A stretch of DNA of 62,982 bases, counting the filler, from Licmophora abbreviata (taxonomy: Eukaryota), in assembly GCA_900291995.1 (NCBI GenBank). It is 12 parts of 12 records of this genome, joined end to end, with 100 filler letters (N's around TTAATTAATTAA, not from the genome) between each part and the next. Parts side by side here need not be neighbours in the genome. Positions count along the whole stretch, not along the records: positions 22,778 to 36,352 come from OLMU01001322.1; positions 36,453 to 40,549 come from OLMU01001323.1; positions 40,650 to 46,670 come from OLMU01001324.1; positions 46,771 to 55,586 come from OLMU01001325.1; 8 more parts are not named here. The stretch is one strand, 5' to 3'. Positions 35,331 through 47,702 of the stretch are shown piece after piece; the first letter of the stretch is position 1; every line of letters begins with the position of its first letter. The translations under genes were made by a program, and so were the position numbers. Under the pieces are notes generated by a model. It did not search any database. It had not been told where the DNA came from and saw nothing but the letters and a program-made list of their open reading frames with translations.

Positions 35331-35691
35331 CGTGATCGGAAGGAATGATTCTTTTCAGCTCTCCAAAGCGAACAAGCACAAACTGTTATAAGCTTCAAAC
35401 AGGAAGGAAATTGGCCAAAGCTGCTCAGGGGATTGATAACGTACAATGTCGCTGCATGCGGCCGCGAACAACTTACGCGTTCAAAAGAAAGTGCGCTGGG
35501 CTGTGTGTGTGTTCATTGCGAGAACTAGAGTCGGAAGTCCGATCTTGCTCGAGCCGTAAATGCGAAAATGGCAAAAGTATATTGTGACATTCTGATTTTG
35601 GGAAATATGTCAAAATCGTGTCAATTTTCAATGGATAAAGGCAGAAACACAAAACACCCTCAAAGTTCATAGCGCCGTGACCACATACACC

Positions 35692-36189
35692 ATGATGCAA
35701 GACGACGGCGAGCCTGTTCCTCCCGAGGAGCTCCGGACGAAAATTCAAGCCTATTCCTCCTTCGTCGATAGTACCCTGCATCCTCAGCTGCAACACGTCG
35801 TCTCAGCACGCGAAGAGACCGAACGAGAAATCCAAGAGTACCAAGAGCTGCGCGACAAGTTAACTGTGCTCATCGAAAGCACAAGTGGTACTGCTGCTGC
35901 TGCTACGGAGCCTCTGGAATCTTTAGTCTCGTTGGGTCACAGGCTAGTCTATGCTCGAGCGGTAGTGGACGATCCTTCGACCATCCTGGTGAGTGCTGGG
36001 CACGGCTTTCACATCGAACTGACACTACCAGAAGCAGTAGCCTTTTGCGATCGGCGTATCGAGTTTCTGCAAACAGACGTATTACCAAATCGACTGCAAG
36101 AAGCTCAAACCGTAGCAGCTCATGTCGAGTCGTCCATGGTTCTCCTAGAATCACTGGCAAGGGAACTACAGAGCATGGAACTCTCCTAG
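35692..36189 (+). CDS. Alpha-type prefoldin-like protein (UXT-like)
   Basis: YSSFVDSTLHPQL, VSLGHRLVYARAVV..ILVSAGHGFHIELTLPEAVAF..RI; coiled coil / beta hairpin / coiled coil layout. Confidence 0.8.
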   Translation: MMQDDGEPVPPEELRTKIQAYSSFVDSTLHPQLQHVVSAREETEREIQEYQELRDKLTVLIESTSGTAAAATEPLESLVSLGHRLVYARAVVDDPSTILVSAGHGFHIELTLPEAVAFCDRRIEFLQTDVLPNRLQEAQTVAAHVESSMVLLESLARELQSMELS

Positions 36190-36452
36190 GCTACTGACCC
36201 CAACAGCGTAGATACTTCTAGCGGGATAGCGATAGACACAGGTATCCATGGTGGTTCTCCGAAGCACGGACATTGCTTTTCTTAACTTTTGCTACGCTCC
36301 CTTGCGCATTTCCGCATCCATGAATCGCGCCAGTCGATAGGACGAGAATGCCNNNNNNNNNNNNNNNNNNNNNNNNNNNNNNNNNNNNNNNNNNNNTTAA
36401 TTAATTAANNNNNNNNNNNNNNNNNNNNNNNNNNNNNNNNNNNNNNNNNNNN

Positions 36453-38359
36453 GGGGCGAGGTGCCCAGCTCCTGCCGGAATGCGGCCACCAGATATGCAA
36501 AGACAATGCGTCCAGATCCCTTCATTCCAAAGATCATTCCATACTCGGAATCAAAACCGTCAAATAAAAACATGAGGATAGTAGAGTACCTTGCCAACCG
36601 AAGCACGGTCTTGCAAAATGAATCGCTGATGCTGCTCTTGCTTGTCGATTCTCGTCCCTTTGTTTGACTATTTTCTGCGCCAAATAGTATGTAGAGAGCC
36701 AGACAGGAAACGGCATGCGGAATCCAGTGCGGTAAGATGAGGATTCTCATGCAAAACGAGAGAGAGACTGGGAGGAAATAGAGTAGCAAGAAGCAGGTTG
36801 TAGTCGCCCGGTCGTGCACCACCTCAAGTCGGGCACCGTTCCACATCAAGCCAACCACCGAAAAGCCCTCTGCTAGACCAAGAAGTAACGTGTGTAATGC
36901 GTTCCGAAGCTGCCTGCTCAAAGAGGGCCAGAAATTCTTGCATCTGCTGAAAATAGATACTAGAAAGCGAGACGTAGCCGGCACAAAGGAAAACACAAGG
37001 AGTACCAAAATTTTCGCAGCCTCGAAGAACAGTTTGCCAGCTTCGAGCAATCCATCCACAGCAGATACACCGTCCGACTTGAACATAGACTGCTGCATTA
37101 GAGCAGCGTCTGACGCGATCCGATCGGTCCGAAGTGAGTTTTTGTCTTCTGTTCGCTTCGCCGCCGAACTGGCATTCTTTCTCGACTTTTTTCTTTTGGT
37201 CGTTGGTGGCGGTCGAGGAGGAGGTGGCGTCGGGCTCTGGGCAAGAAGATCCTCCTGATGCTCGTTCAGTCTCAGGTCCAGATCTGTCTGCTCTGGCTGA
37301 TCATTCACTTTTCTTCGTTCAGATTCTACAGACTCGGGCTGAGTCGATTCTTCTTGCATCCTCTCGGATTGAGACATGGCTTTGATCTTTTCATCATCTT
37401 CTTCCACAAGAGCTCGTTCCTTAACATTGCTCGCAACGTCCTTTTCCGTTTCTTCATCAAAGAACTGAGATCCAGACGAACTTTCCAGCATGTTCCCGTA
37501 CGTCGACGTGCTGAGTGACGACGTGGCCGACGCTCCAAACGACTTGTCCTCGTCAAAAACATCGTGGGGCACAGACGAATTGCTTCGAGTCGATTCTGTG
37601 GGAAGCAACAAGGCGAGAAAAATTACAATCAGAACATTTCAATGGCACACGAAATTATACCGATACTAGACTGGTTGCAGACAGACTACCTTGATCTGTC
37701 TCTTGGCCTGACATAGGCACTTTCAGCGCCCGATCAGTGAAAACCTCTTGAGACGAGGATGGTCGAGATTCGATTTCAAACCCGGGCGGCGGCCGTGGAA
37801 AGGAGCCCACTCCACTCCCAGACAATACTCCAGTAGTTTGCTGTGGTGGGTATGAAGACGAGGGTACCGGACAATCTGGCATTCTCAAGACTTCTGGCAT
37901 GCCAGTCGTGGTCACGTGCGACTGCTCGTTCAACACGCGAGTCGGCGATGGCCTCGACAGAAGTGAAGGATCTCCTATCTTCATGGGAAGCTCTTCACCT
38001 CCTACGTTATCGATGAGGGCCGAGAGGTCGTTGGGAGGCGTCAAGGCTTCCGTTTGTGCACCAAGCGACGGAGATGTCAAGGTAGCCGCATTTACAGCAA
38101 CATCCAAAGTCAAAGGCTCATCCTTCTGGCCTCGTATCGACAAAGGCTCTGAAGGAGGATTTCCCCGGGATGCTTCTATCTGTACGTCACCTGCCCATGG
38201 ATTCTGCTGCAGCGGCTGTCTTGGAACTGCAAAGGAACCTGAAGGGTTCTGATCATTCTCGTCGTCGTCTTCGCTGAACCCGACTGGATCAAGTATGCCT
38301 CCTGGCAAGAAGAATGAATTGATCAAATCGGCTTCTTCACCTTCCCTTTCGTTCATCAT
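36453..38359 (-). CDS. Hypothetical membrane protein with long disordered N-terminus (intron ~37690-37596; 3' end runs into gap)
   Basis: Two adjacent ORFs separated by an intron-like stretch ending CCCACAG, with several hydrophobic helices in the C-terminal part. Confidence 0.6.
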
Positions 38360-38640
38360 GCCTCAATCGATGCAACGACGATTCGAAGGGATGGATAAGG
38401 CGGGATGCAAGCCTATGGGAGACGCATAGTGTCGACAGCATTACCGCCGGTTATATTTTGTGTGATCACAGCGCACTTTCAAACTTACAACCTCCGCGCG
38501 CCTCTGCCGCGCGCATTTTACAGCGTGTGACGTCTGCTCCTCTCCCGTTGAATTTTTGAATTTTTACATATGATACCTTTTACGCGACACCCTTTTGTCG
38601 TCCATCAGTCATCACAGTTTAGACCGATACAGGACGCACC

Positions 38641-39261
38641 ATGGCAGGACTGGGACGACGAACGCATTATCGAAAGCACCTTACGGACGCGGTCCTTCAC
38701 GGCCTCCCCGAACCGAACTTTGAGCTCGGCGATCGAATTGGGAAGGTCGTGGCTACCCGAGGATCGAATCAATTTGACGTGTACGTCGCGCACCCTTCTC
38801 GATCCGATGGGCCTAGCGGCGACGACAGTACAGCACTGCGAGGGCCACAACTGGCCATACTTCCCACGAAATTTCGGAAACTTGTCTGGGTGAAGCGAGG
38901 GGACTTCGTTTTGGTACAGGCAGGGGACGAAGGAGAGGATTCAGAGAATAATACGGGGATACGGTACATAATCACTCACATTCTTTACAAGGATCAGGTG
39001 AAGCACTTGAAAGACAAGAAATTGTGGCCTGCCGACAAGGAGTTTGCAGATCAAGCACATCACGAGACGGAAAAGGACGAAACATGTGCCAGTGACGACG
39101 ACGTAAGGGAGGATCCACCCGTGCCCAAAACTGCCGCGGACAACGATGATGGCATAGTGTACGGGCCAGACGAGGACGACGACTTCCTCGTCAATACGAA
39201 TCGTATAGCGGCCTTGCAGATTCAAGACTCGGAAGATGAAAGCACAGATGAAGAAGAATGA
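38641..39261 (+). CDS. EIF1AD: eIF1A-domain (S1/OB-fold) RNA-binding protein EIF1AD
   Basis: KVVATRGSNQFDV, LPTKFRKLVWVKRGDFVLV, ILYKDQVKHLK..WP, NTNR and an acidic tail. Confidence 0.9.
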   Translation: MAGLGRRTHYRKHLTDAVLHGLPEPNFELGDRIGKVVATRGSNQFDVYVAHPSRSDGPSGDDSTALRGPQLAILPTKFRKLVWVKRGDFVLVQAGDEGEDSENNTGIRYIITHILYKDQVKHLKDKKLWPADKEFADQAHHETEKDETCASDDDVREDPPVPKTAADNDDGIVYGPDEDDDFLVNTNRIAALQIQDSEDESTDEEE

Positions 39262-39310
39262 AGTACTTTGGGCGATCATACAACAAAGGAAGTTTTACAG
39301 CTCCAATTCA

Positions 39311-40423
39311 CTATTTCGCATCTTCGCTGAGGGCCGCATACTCGGAAGGACACTGAGCGTCCCACCTATCAAATGACCTTTCCTTTTCGGTAGGAGCCCG
39401 TTGTCTCGTATGGGCTTCATAAATCGGCATTGCTACCCAGTTCTTCTCAGGACACGTGTCGGGATCCAGCGGTCCTCGAAAGGCAAAGTCACGATCCCAG
39501 ATCTTGACTCTGTGACCTGTCCTCCCCGACCGACCTGTCTTCCCGATTTTCAGTAGCCCATTGTAACGCTCATCATTCGATTTCACTCGTAGAGGATTGC
39601 CTCCAGTTGTCTCGGGCGTTTCGTCCCAGTTCATATCGAGGTGTAGGGCTAAGACCTCGTTCAGTCGAACCTGATCATCACAGTTGTCACCACATTGTTC
39701 GATCATGATCTCGATGAAATTGATCGTTTTGGGATCCGCACGAAACCACCCCATTCCACCGCAGACGACGAAGCCCATCTGGTCAAAGACCTCTGTCGGA
39801 TGCTTCGTTTCGTAAGCGTGAATCACGTCATACTCGGAGTTTTCGAAATCGCTCATTGGCACAAAGCGACTGAATATGTTATCCACATCAGTTAAAAGTA
39901 CACTCGTGCCCTGCTTTAACGTGTCCAGAATGTAAGTCCACCTCCGAGCAAAGAGATATAGCTTTCGGAGTCGCTCTTTCTTTGCCCACCGAAGCTCCGC
40001 AGTAGACCAGGGCAGAGTCATTACATCTACCCGTTCGTATCGGTATGACTTTTCTTGCTGCTCCAGGAAGACCGCAGTTTCGTTGTCGGTGGCGATAATG
40101 ACATGCTCATTGTATCCTAGTGACGAGAGACGATCAGACCACTTTGCTGCAATGCTGCGATACGGACCATTCGCAAAACCAATAATTTTCGTGTGACTCG
40201 TCCCTCCATGCTTTCTTATCGACGCGCTCGTCATTTGACGTTTCGTTATGATGTCTTCTGAAACTTCAATCTTGTTCAAACCAGTGACCAGTGCGTCGTA
40301 ATATGGATCGATCTCTCTGTGCAAGATTTGCACAAGCGCAAGCACCATGACCGAAACGGAAACCATGAATCCGATCAGTTTTGCCGGCACTTTTCGGGGA
40401 CCAGCCCTTTTTCGAATCCTCAT
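39311..40423 (-). CDS. Nucleotide-diphospho-sugar transferase (GT77-like), type II membrane
   Basis: N-terminal TM, IIATD, VLLTDVD (DxD), VCGGMGWFR, DDQVRLN. Confidence 0.85.
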   Translation of the reverse strand: MRIRKRAGPRKVPAKLIGFMVSVSVMVLALVQILHREIDPYYDALVTGLNKIEVSEDIITKRQMTSASIRKHGGTSHTKIIGFANGPYRSIAAKWSDRLSSLGYNEHVIIATDNETAVFLEQQEKSYRYERVDVMTLPWSTAELRWAKKERLRKLYLFARRWTYILDTLKQGTSVLLTDVDNIFSRFVPMSDFENSEYDVIHAYETKHPTEVFDQMGFVVCGGMGWFRADPKTINFIEIMIEQCGDNCDDQVRLNEVLALHLDMNWDETPETTGGNPLRVKSNDERYNGLLKIGKTGRSGRTGHRVKIWDRDFAFRGPLDPDTCPEKNWVAMPIYEAHTRQRAPTEKERSFDRWDAQCPSEYAALSEDAK

Positions 40424-40884
40424 TTCAGCAAGAATAGTCGTGACAGCAAGTTTCGAAAGTAGCAGGAGGTCTCTTTGTTGTCTCAATATCGTAGTTCAAT
40501 GCGATGAAACGTCTATAATTATATGCCATCGTCGTACCCACTACGAGGANNNNNNNNNNNNNNNNNNNNNNNNNNNNNNNNNNNNNNNNNNNNTTAATTA
40601 ATTAANNNNNNNNNNNNNNNNNNNNNNNNNNNNNNNNNNNNNNNNNNNNTCTACCGGTAATTACAATATGATGAAGCACTAGGCCTAGCGCCGACAGTAG
40701 ATCCCTTCAGTCAACGTTAAGACATGTACGTCATGCCGTTACCCGGTAACGTATCTGCCCGGCGATGACCCAACGGCATCAGCGTGAATGTATCCGCCTC
40801 GTGCCTTCGCGCCTGAGAAGTTTGCAGGAAGGGTACAATCAGTTGAAAACTCTAGAAGTAGCAATTTAACTTCAGCTATTGCCG

Positions 40885-42885
40885 TCAATCGCGAGCTTTC
40901 CCGACAACCAAGGCATCCTCGACAGGATCAGCAACAGACTCTTCGTGCTTAGGGTGCCTGGATTCGTCGCTTGCAGTACGGGCAACAGGAATGCTGTATC
41001 CAAGCGAAGCTCGGTCACTTGGATCGATGTCGATCCACTTGTTTCGCAGCGAAATCGATTTAGTGCCTGTGAAGAGCGACGTGAACTTTTCGCCATCCGT
41101 GTAGTCACGAAAAGTACGCAAGAATATCTCATCCTCACTCTCTGGAACCAAACCATCCCGGTGATCAAACGATAGCATCGCATAGTGGATCGTCTTCTCT
41201 GCGAGCTCATTGAGCTCCTCGTATGTTCCAAAACTGACAGGGTATTCAGCCAATACCATCGTATGGGCCATCATGCGAGTCAAGATGCGCTCCTGTTCGT
41301 CCTCCGAATCGGACCATATGCCCTTGACAATTGGGTTACTCTCGTCAACCTTTTCATCCCAGGCGGTAAAGTAGTTCTCATCCATGCCATAACGCAATGA
41401 CACATTCTGCATGTGCCGCAATGCTTCTTCCAAATTACCTTTCCTCATTTCTTGCTCAGAGGGCACAGGGGTGGACCCAGTGATGAACGCGAGAAAAAGC
41501 CACGCAGAAACATCTGTCGAGAACAAAGGACTCGACTGCAGCTCATTATCAATAAACATCATACTTGGATTTGAGATCAGAACACCTCGATAAATATCGG
41601 GATGTGGCACCAGAGACTCGTGCCAGCGCACATCATCAGGCTGCACGTCGCCCAGAAATTCCGTCATGACATTGGGTTCCATCTTCCAGTCCACGGGAAC
41701 ATCTATTTTGTTCTGAGAAGGATTCTTGTACGGAGCTTTGAGTTCATCATCAAGCATGTCCATGTTGGGCTTGTAACCGGTGCAGAATATGACCGTGTCA
41801 ATATCGGAGATAGTCTTCTTGATCCTAGACTTAGTTACCCACTCGTCCGGGAATTCCCACCATGTCAACGAAAACTGGACACCCTTTCCGTCATCAGTCA
41901 CCTTCACCGGGACCAACTCCTTAAGAAGCTCTACCTTCTGCAATGGCCACGTCTTGGTCCAAGTCACCACGTTGTCGTCGTTGCGTGAGCTAATATACAA
42001 CTTCTCGGCGCCGACCTTAATTGCCATTAGCGCCAAATCCTCAGCACTGTACGCACCCCCAATGATCAAGACACGTTTCCCATTGACATCCGCTTCAAAG
42101 TTAGACGTGTCCGACGAGTGGATGACTCGTCCCTTGAAGCCTCCTTCACGGAAAATGTTGACAAGCGGTGTCGGCATCATGGGCTTGCCATTCTCGCCCG
42201 CCGCCCAGATGCACTTGTCGTACTCTCCCTTTGCGACTTTGTGCGTCGACCAGTTGTGGGTCGTCACTTCGAACTTGCTCGTGGCGTGATTGTATTTGAC
42301 GTTTTGGACTGACGTGCTGTACTTGACATACTTTTCGAAAAAATCAGGGCAATGCTTCGTCACACGGCTCGTCATCTACGATAGACCGAAGCAAATCAAG
42401 TCAGAAAATGAAGAACAAGAATGACCGCACGTCATTGTGTATCGACTTACGTAGTCCAAGAGATCCTCACGAGGCATGTAGACCGGAAGTTCGCACCCAA
42501 AGTGTTCGTCGAACGTGTAATCGAAGAATTCGATGTTCTCTTTCGGTCCATTCGTCCACAGTGCCTCATACATGTTTGTCATTCCCACGGCACTCTCAGC
42601 GAGCACACCGCTCGCCTTGAAGTCCAGCACGGGCTGAATTTCCTGTGGTTCCTCAAGACTCAGGGCATCTTCCTTCTTCTCATCCGTGAATTTTCGTTTG
42701 GCCCTCCAGACTCCCCCCGGAGCCGTAGCACGTTCAAAACAAGTGACAATCGGTAATCGAGCAAGCCCCGCCGCGTCCCCAGCTGCTGCTAGTTTTCTCC
42801 GGCGAGTTTCCAGCGCATGGCAAAAGAACATGCCACCGGGGCCGCAGCCAATCACAGCGACGGTCAGAGGTTCTTCAGGCGACAT
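40885..42885 (-). CDS. Second FMO paralog, 2 exons (intron 42450-42376)
   Basis: GCGPGG, MYEALWTNGPKENIEF, FKGRVIHSS, GGAYSAED, FCTGY. The GTAAG...TAG intron joins LLDY to MTSRV. Confidence 0.92.
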
Positions 42886-43317
42886 AGTTTCCCGAGAAAA
42901 GACAGCAATGTGTATGTTGCCGTGGTCTGCCGTAGTTCAGCGAGAAAAATGAACGCTTGAACTTTTGTGAATTGCCTGCCCTACGTGGTCGTGTGGTGGT
43001 TCACAGCGTGAGCACTCCTGTGAGCCTTTTTAGGAGCTTTGAAGTGATTGACAATACCTAAACGTTTAAAATTCAAAAGGCGAGCTCGCGGATACTGAAT
43101 TAAAACATATTAATGCACGAATACCTTGCAAAACTATGTAAAAGCGATGCGAGCTCCTTACTCGGGCATCGCATTGGACAGGCTTTTCAAACGCCAGTTT
43201 GGCCTTACCGGTATCGAGTCGACCACTATTTGTTGAGTTGCTTCTAGACCTGCTCAGTCCACTCCAGTGTACTTCCTATATACGTTCGTCCTAACAAACC
43301 GCTCATGATTTTCTCAT

Positions 43318-44582
43318 TCACTGCATCTGATGACGACCGCTGCTTCGGTCTCCAGCAGCCTCGGAAGTTCGGAATCCCGCCAATAGCTTGTGATCCAACG
43401 TGGCCATGATGAGTCTTGCCGTGAACGAGCCGCCTTTCGTTTCAACGATCATCGGCTTCCCACCCCAATGAAACGAAATTGACACAAGCAGCTCCTCGTC
43501 CACATGTGAGTTTGCGCAGAACTGAAGCATAGCCTGAGAAAATTGTAACCGAAGAGGTGAGGAAGAGATGAACGCAAGCAAAGGGGCCTCCTTTTACTAC
43601 ACCGCTTGTCACCCATTCTATAAGTAAAGGCAGATATATCTTGTACAGACAAACACCACCTACCTTGGTTTCCTTTGCACCAAACACAAGCACGACTTCT
43701 TCATTGACATTCTTGGGCAGCTCGTCGTCATCTTCTCGATCGTCACGAAAATCAAATTCTTCGAGCTCGTCGCATCCAATGCTCGTTTCAGTTTTCAGCA
43801 GCGTAGCAGTTGTGGCGACGTGCAGGAGAGCATTGTTCGAAGACTGTGCTGCAACATCGCCGTGATGAAAGGACGTTGCCGTCATGACCTATGTAGTAGT
43901 ACAACGGGGACAAGTACAGAAGCATCCATGAGAGATGGCGGGAGGATCCAGTGAATTACAAAATTCTGTACAGACCGATCCGACTTTTTTAATCCGTTCC
44001 CTCCTCACCACTGCGTACCTTATACGTATCGTTTAGAATCAATGCTACTTCAGCGGTGCGTTGCTTTTGGACCGGTTCCAGCATGCGCAGCAACACTTTG
44101 GGCGATGCCACGAGTTCACTACACTCATCCTTAGGTGCCACCGCCGAGACGCCTTCCGCCTGGGCCGTGGCCATACGATGTACGACACGCCAACACTGTG
44201 GCATCAGAAACTCAAAGGAGAGCGCGGTGTCCTCAGAACATAGACGCAACGACAGCACACCCCTGCGTGGACGCACAATGGCCGTCATAGCGCGAAGCGG
44301 AATGCGACACGAATATCTAGACTGACTCGCAGGAGTAGCTGAAACATGCCCTCTCTTTCGACTAGCAGAAGTACTTGGATTCACGAGGTGCTCGCTGCAT
44401 CGCTCAAAGAAGCTAGGCGCGAACGAGAAGCTCCCAAAGGCGCTCTTGGCCTCGTTGAGTGCCCGCAGTGTAAGACCGTCGAGAGGATCAAAATCTACGT
44501 ACAGATCTTTTCCAATGCGTGACAAGCAGCCAATGGCAGCACAGAACGGTCGAACCGAATGACCTGGAACGATGCAGTCCAT
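43318..44582 (-). CDS. RAD9: Checkpoint clamp subunit RAD9, 3 exons (introns 44018-43889, 43663-43534)
   Basis: AIGCLSRIGKDLY..LTLRALNEAKSAF..FAPSFF, LKTETSI..EF, VFGAKETK|AMLQFC, FHWGGKPMIV, LIMATL. Confidence 0.88.
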
Positions 44583-44856
44583 GATGGATAAGGAGACAGC
44601 AAAGATAAAGGCAGCAGAAGAATGGCGATCCGCTGTGCGAAGTTCATGGAGCAGAAGTCTTGCGCTTCGGCTAGGGGTGAAATTTTGGCGCGCCATAGCT
44701 CGATCCTGTACAAAACTGACGTAGTTTTCTACATACGGGAAACCGTGACTTTTCTGGAGTAGCATTTGCGACTCAATCGACTTGATTGACTCCCGCGGCA
44801 CTGGTCCCACGCCGCGACTCGAGTGACTCGACTCACTCAACTTATTAGCGACGACC

Positions 44857-47353
44857 ATGGGATCATTCGCAAACGCGCTGCACCACATCTTGCCCATGTC
44901 GCCGCCCCCTCCACTACTTTTTCTTGCACGACGACTATATTCGCCAGCTATGCTGACCTGGATGCTCCTTTTGGCCTTCTGCCGGCCGATCATAGCTCAA
45001 AACCGGTCTGCCACCATGGCAATGCTCAACCGCCTCGACCTCGGAGCAGTCGCTGAACCTTCCGAAGCGGCCCAGCTGGTACTGCAGAACATTGTAGGAG
45101 ACCATCTCGAAAAACGTTTGACCACTCTTTTTTCAAAAGCCACATCTTCAGAGTGTCGTGCCTTGATTGGGACGCACGTGCAGCGGTTCTTGAACGCCAT
45201 GGGCGCGGAAACGAGCCCGCCGTTTGGAGATCTTGTCTTGACTGACGAATGCGACGAACCAAAGTATGACTTTGACAACCTTCCAGAAGGCCTGCACCTC
45301 GGACATATTCAGAATCGAACCTATCAGACAGAAAATTCAGAAGACTACGTTGACAGCCCTCAAGAGCTGAACCTATGCTACGGAATTCTCACACACAATG
45401 ATCCTCAGGCGACCATTCGACTCGTGGAAGTGTTGTATGAGGAGGGACATGTCTTCGTTATCCATGTCGATGGCAAAGAAAATGCTGAAGAAACCTATCG
45501 AGTCATTGCTGAGTACGCCTCTACAAGAGACCATGTGCACGTCTTGGAGCACCCACATCGCGTGCGGATAAACTGGGGCGGATTCAGTATGGTGAACGCG
45601 ACACTACAGATTCTGCAGTATGCCCTGGCGGTCAACGATTTTCAGGATCGGGATCCTCTTACCTTTCACAAGTTCATGCACATGGCTTCCACATCGTATC
45701 CGCTTGCCTCCAACACAGAAATTCGACGTCGCATTGCATCGTTCCCGCTTGACGCCAACCTGATGCATGTCATTATGAAACCAACTAACCCGAATCCTTC
45801 CAACTGGCACTACTTTGTGGAATGTGACGATGCTGTTCATCGTATTTATCGACTTCACCCGCTTACGAATGAGCGTGGCGGTGTCAATTTGCATACAAGC
45901 AGTCAGTGGTTCATACTAAGTCGGGAATTTTCAGAGTATCTCGCCAGAGCAGAACCTGGATCCTTCGTCAACTCCTTCTTGAAGTACGTTGAGCACGTTG
46001 TCGTGGCCGACGAAACGTTCTTTGGAACCGTACTACGAAACACCCAGTTCTGCAAGAAGCACCACAACTGGCACTTTTTGCATCTTCAGTTTGATCGATG
46101 GGAAAATGAGCTCGAAACGACCCATCGAGATCCACGCAAGTGCATCATGCCCTCTTCTGAGCACTGTGGCCGATCACCAACGACCATGACAATGGACTAC
46201 TTAGCAGTGTTGGAACTATCGGGAGACTTATTTGCTCGCAAGTTTGATGATTCAATTGATTCAAACATCAAGACGGTGCTCGATCGGAAGCGTACTAAGG
46301 AGGAAGAGCGACTGAAAATTGGAAACGACACAGTGGACGAAGAAAGCGATCTGTTTGAAGGGCACGGTGTTCTACTCGTCGCCAGAGAAACCATAGACTC
46401 AAACGGTGTTCCGCTCTGTCTCGGACTTGGACCAACAGCAAACAAGGTGAGTCTGATTTTGTGACAGCGCTTCAAACTCGCCCGGTCGTCCGACTTACAA
46501 GTTGCAACTCAATTTTCTATTCAGGTGAAGCTCGTTCCATGTTTCTACGAAGGGGTGCTTCCAACGTTGGCAACAGGCTGGGAAACCGGAGCCGTCATCC
46601 TGGAAGAAACCATGCCGCACAATCGATGGGATTTCGGTCCGTGCAGCTCCGACGGCTTGCTGGAACGATTNNNNNNNNNNNNNNNNNNNNNNNNNNNNNN
46701 NNNNNNNNNNNNNNTTAATTAATTAANNNNNNNNNNNNNNNNNNNNNNNNNNNNNNNNNNNNNNNNNNNNGGAACGATTACCAAGTGCGGAAATGAACAT
46801 GACGCCGGGTGAGTACAGTCCAACTGGACCACGTTGCATGCTCCAGCAGGTCGATGGCTTACGCCAAGGGCGTTGCGTCGATGGCGACTCGGAACGGATC
46901 CAGCCCGGAGGTGAAGTGCACGTCTTTCCGTGCGTAAAGCGATGGAATCAGTTCGTGTCGATCGGGAACGGCAATGCAACGCCACATGGTAGTATACATA
47001 CGACCCTGCCTAACCACATCGCTCAACGGATACGAGACAGCGGTCATGAACAGGAACTGTATTTGTGCCTAGGAGTTGTGGGACGAGGCGACGCTGACGA
47101 AGAAGAATGGAGTGAGGACGCAAAGAAGAGCGGGGGTTTCGCTGACAACGAGAAGCACCCGAAGCCGAAATCGAAGAGAATCGAGGACGGCATTGCTCCA
47201 CTGAGCGAATGGGAGGGCGAACAACTTGTCACCACCAAGTGCTCCAACAAAGACGCGGTCATCGAGTGGCTCTTTGTACCGTTCATCATCGAGGAGGACG
47301 AAAACTCTGGCGGGCACGTCGGCGGAACAGAAAAAGTAAACGAAGAGCTTTAG
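44857..47353 (+). CDS. GT14 (core-2/I-branching, xylosyltransferase-like) glycosyltransferase with C-terminal ricin-B-like lectin region (intron 46447-46524; gap 46671-46770 closes)
   Basis: YGILTH, IHVDGK, WGGFSMVNA, SYPL, SSQWFILSREF, ADETFFGT, LFARKF. A 9-nt flank overlap (GGAACGATT) restores the frame, and GRCVD..VFPC..WNQ is lectin-like. Confidence 0.87.
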
Positions 47354-47702
47354 AAAGTAGGATAGACGCACTAGACGATAGAAGATTGAATGATCGGAGT
47401 ATGTCGATGGAAGATCCTCCTTACAGATCAGTGGCACCACGAACGACCATCGACCAGGTAGCTTTCGGGGTATGTATATGCCAGGAGGAATGCGATGAAG
47501 CGCTGCTCTGGAACCAGCCCAGTCGCTTAGGCAAAGCGCATCGAACAGTTCTGCAGCGATCTCGTCCATTTGATTCCTGCTCTGAGATCTCGCCGGCATC
47601 ATGACCTTGATCCTGTCTCTCGTCCCTGTACTGAAGTACGAATCCTTCCTCACCGCAAGCAGTCGTCCCGTATGCAGTACTAAATGTCAATCAAAGGTAG
47701 CA

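Noticed and set aside
44583..44993. N-terminal 137 aa of the 334-aa ORF overlapping the GT14 start
   Set aside because: RAD9 similarity begins at MDCIV (44582); the extension is open frame through the promoter and antisense to GT14.
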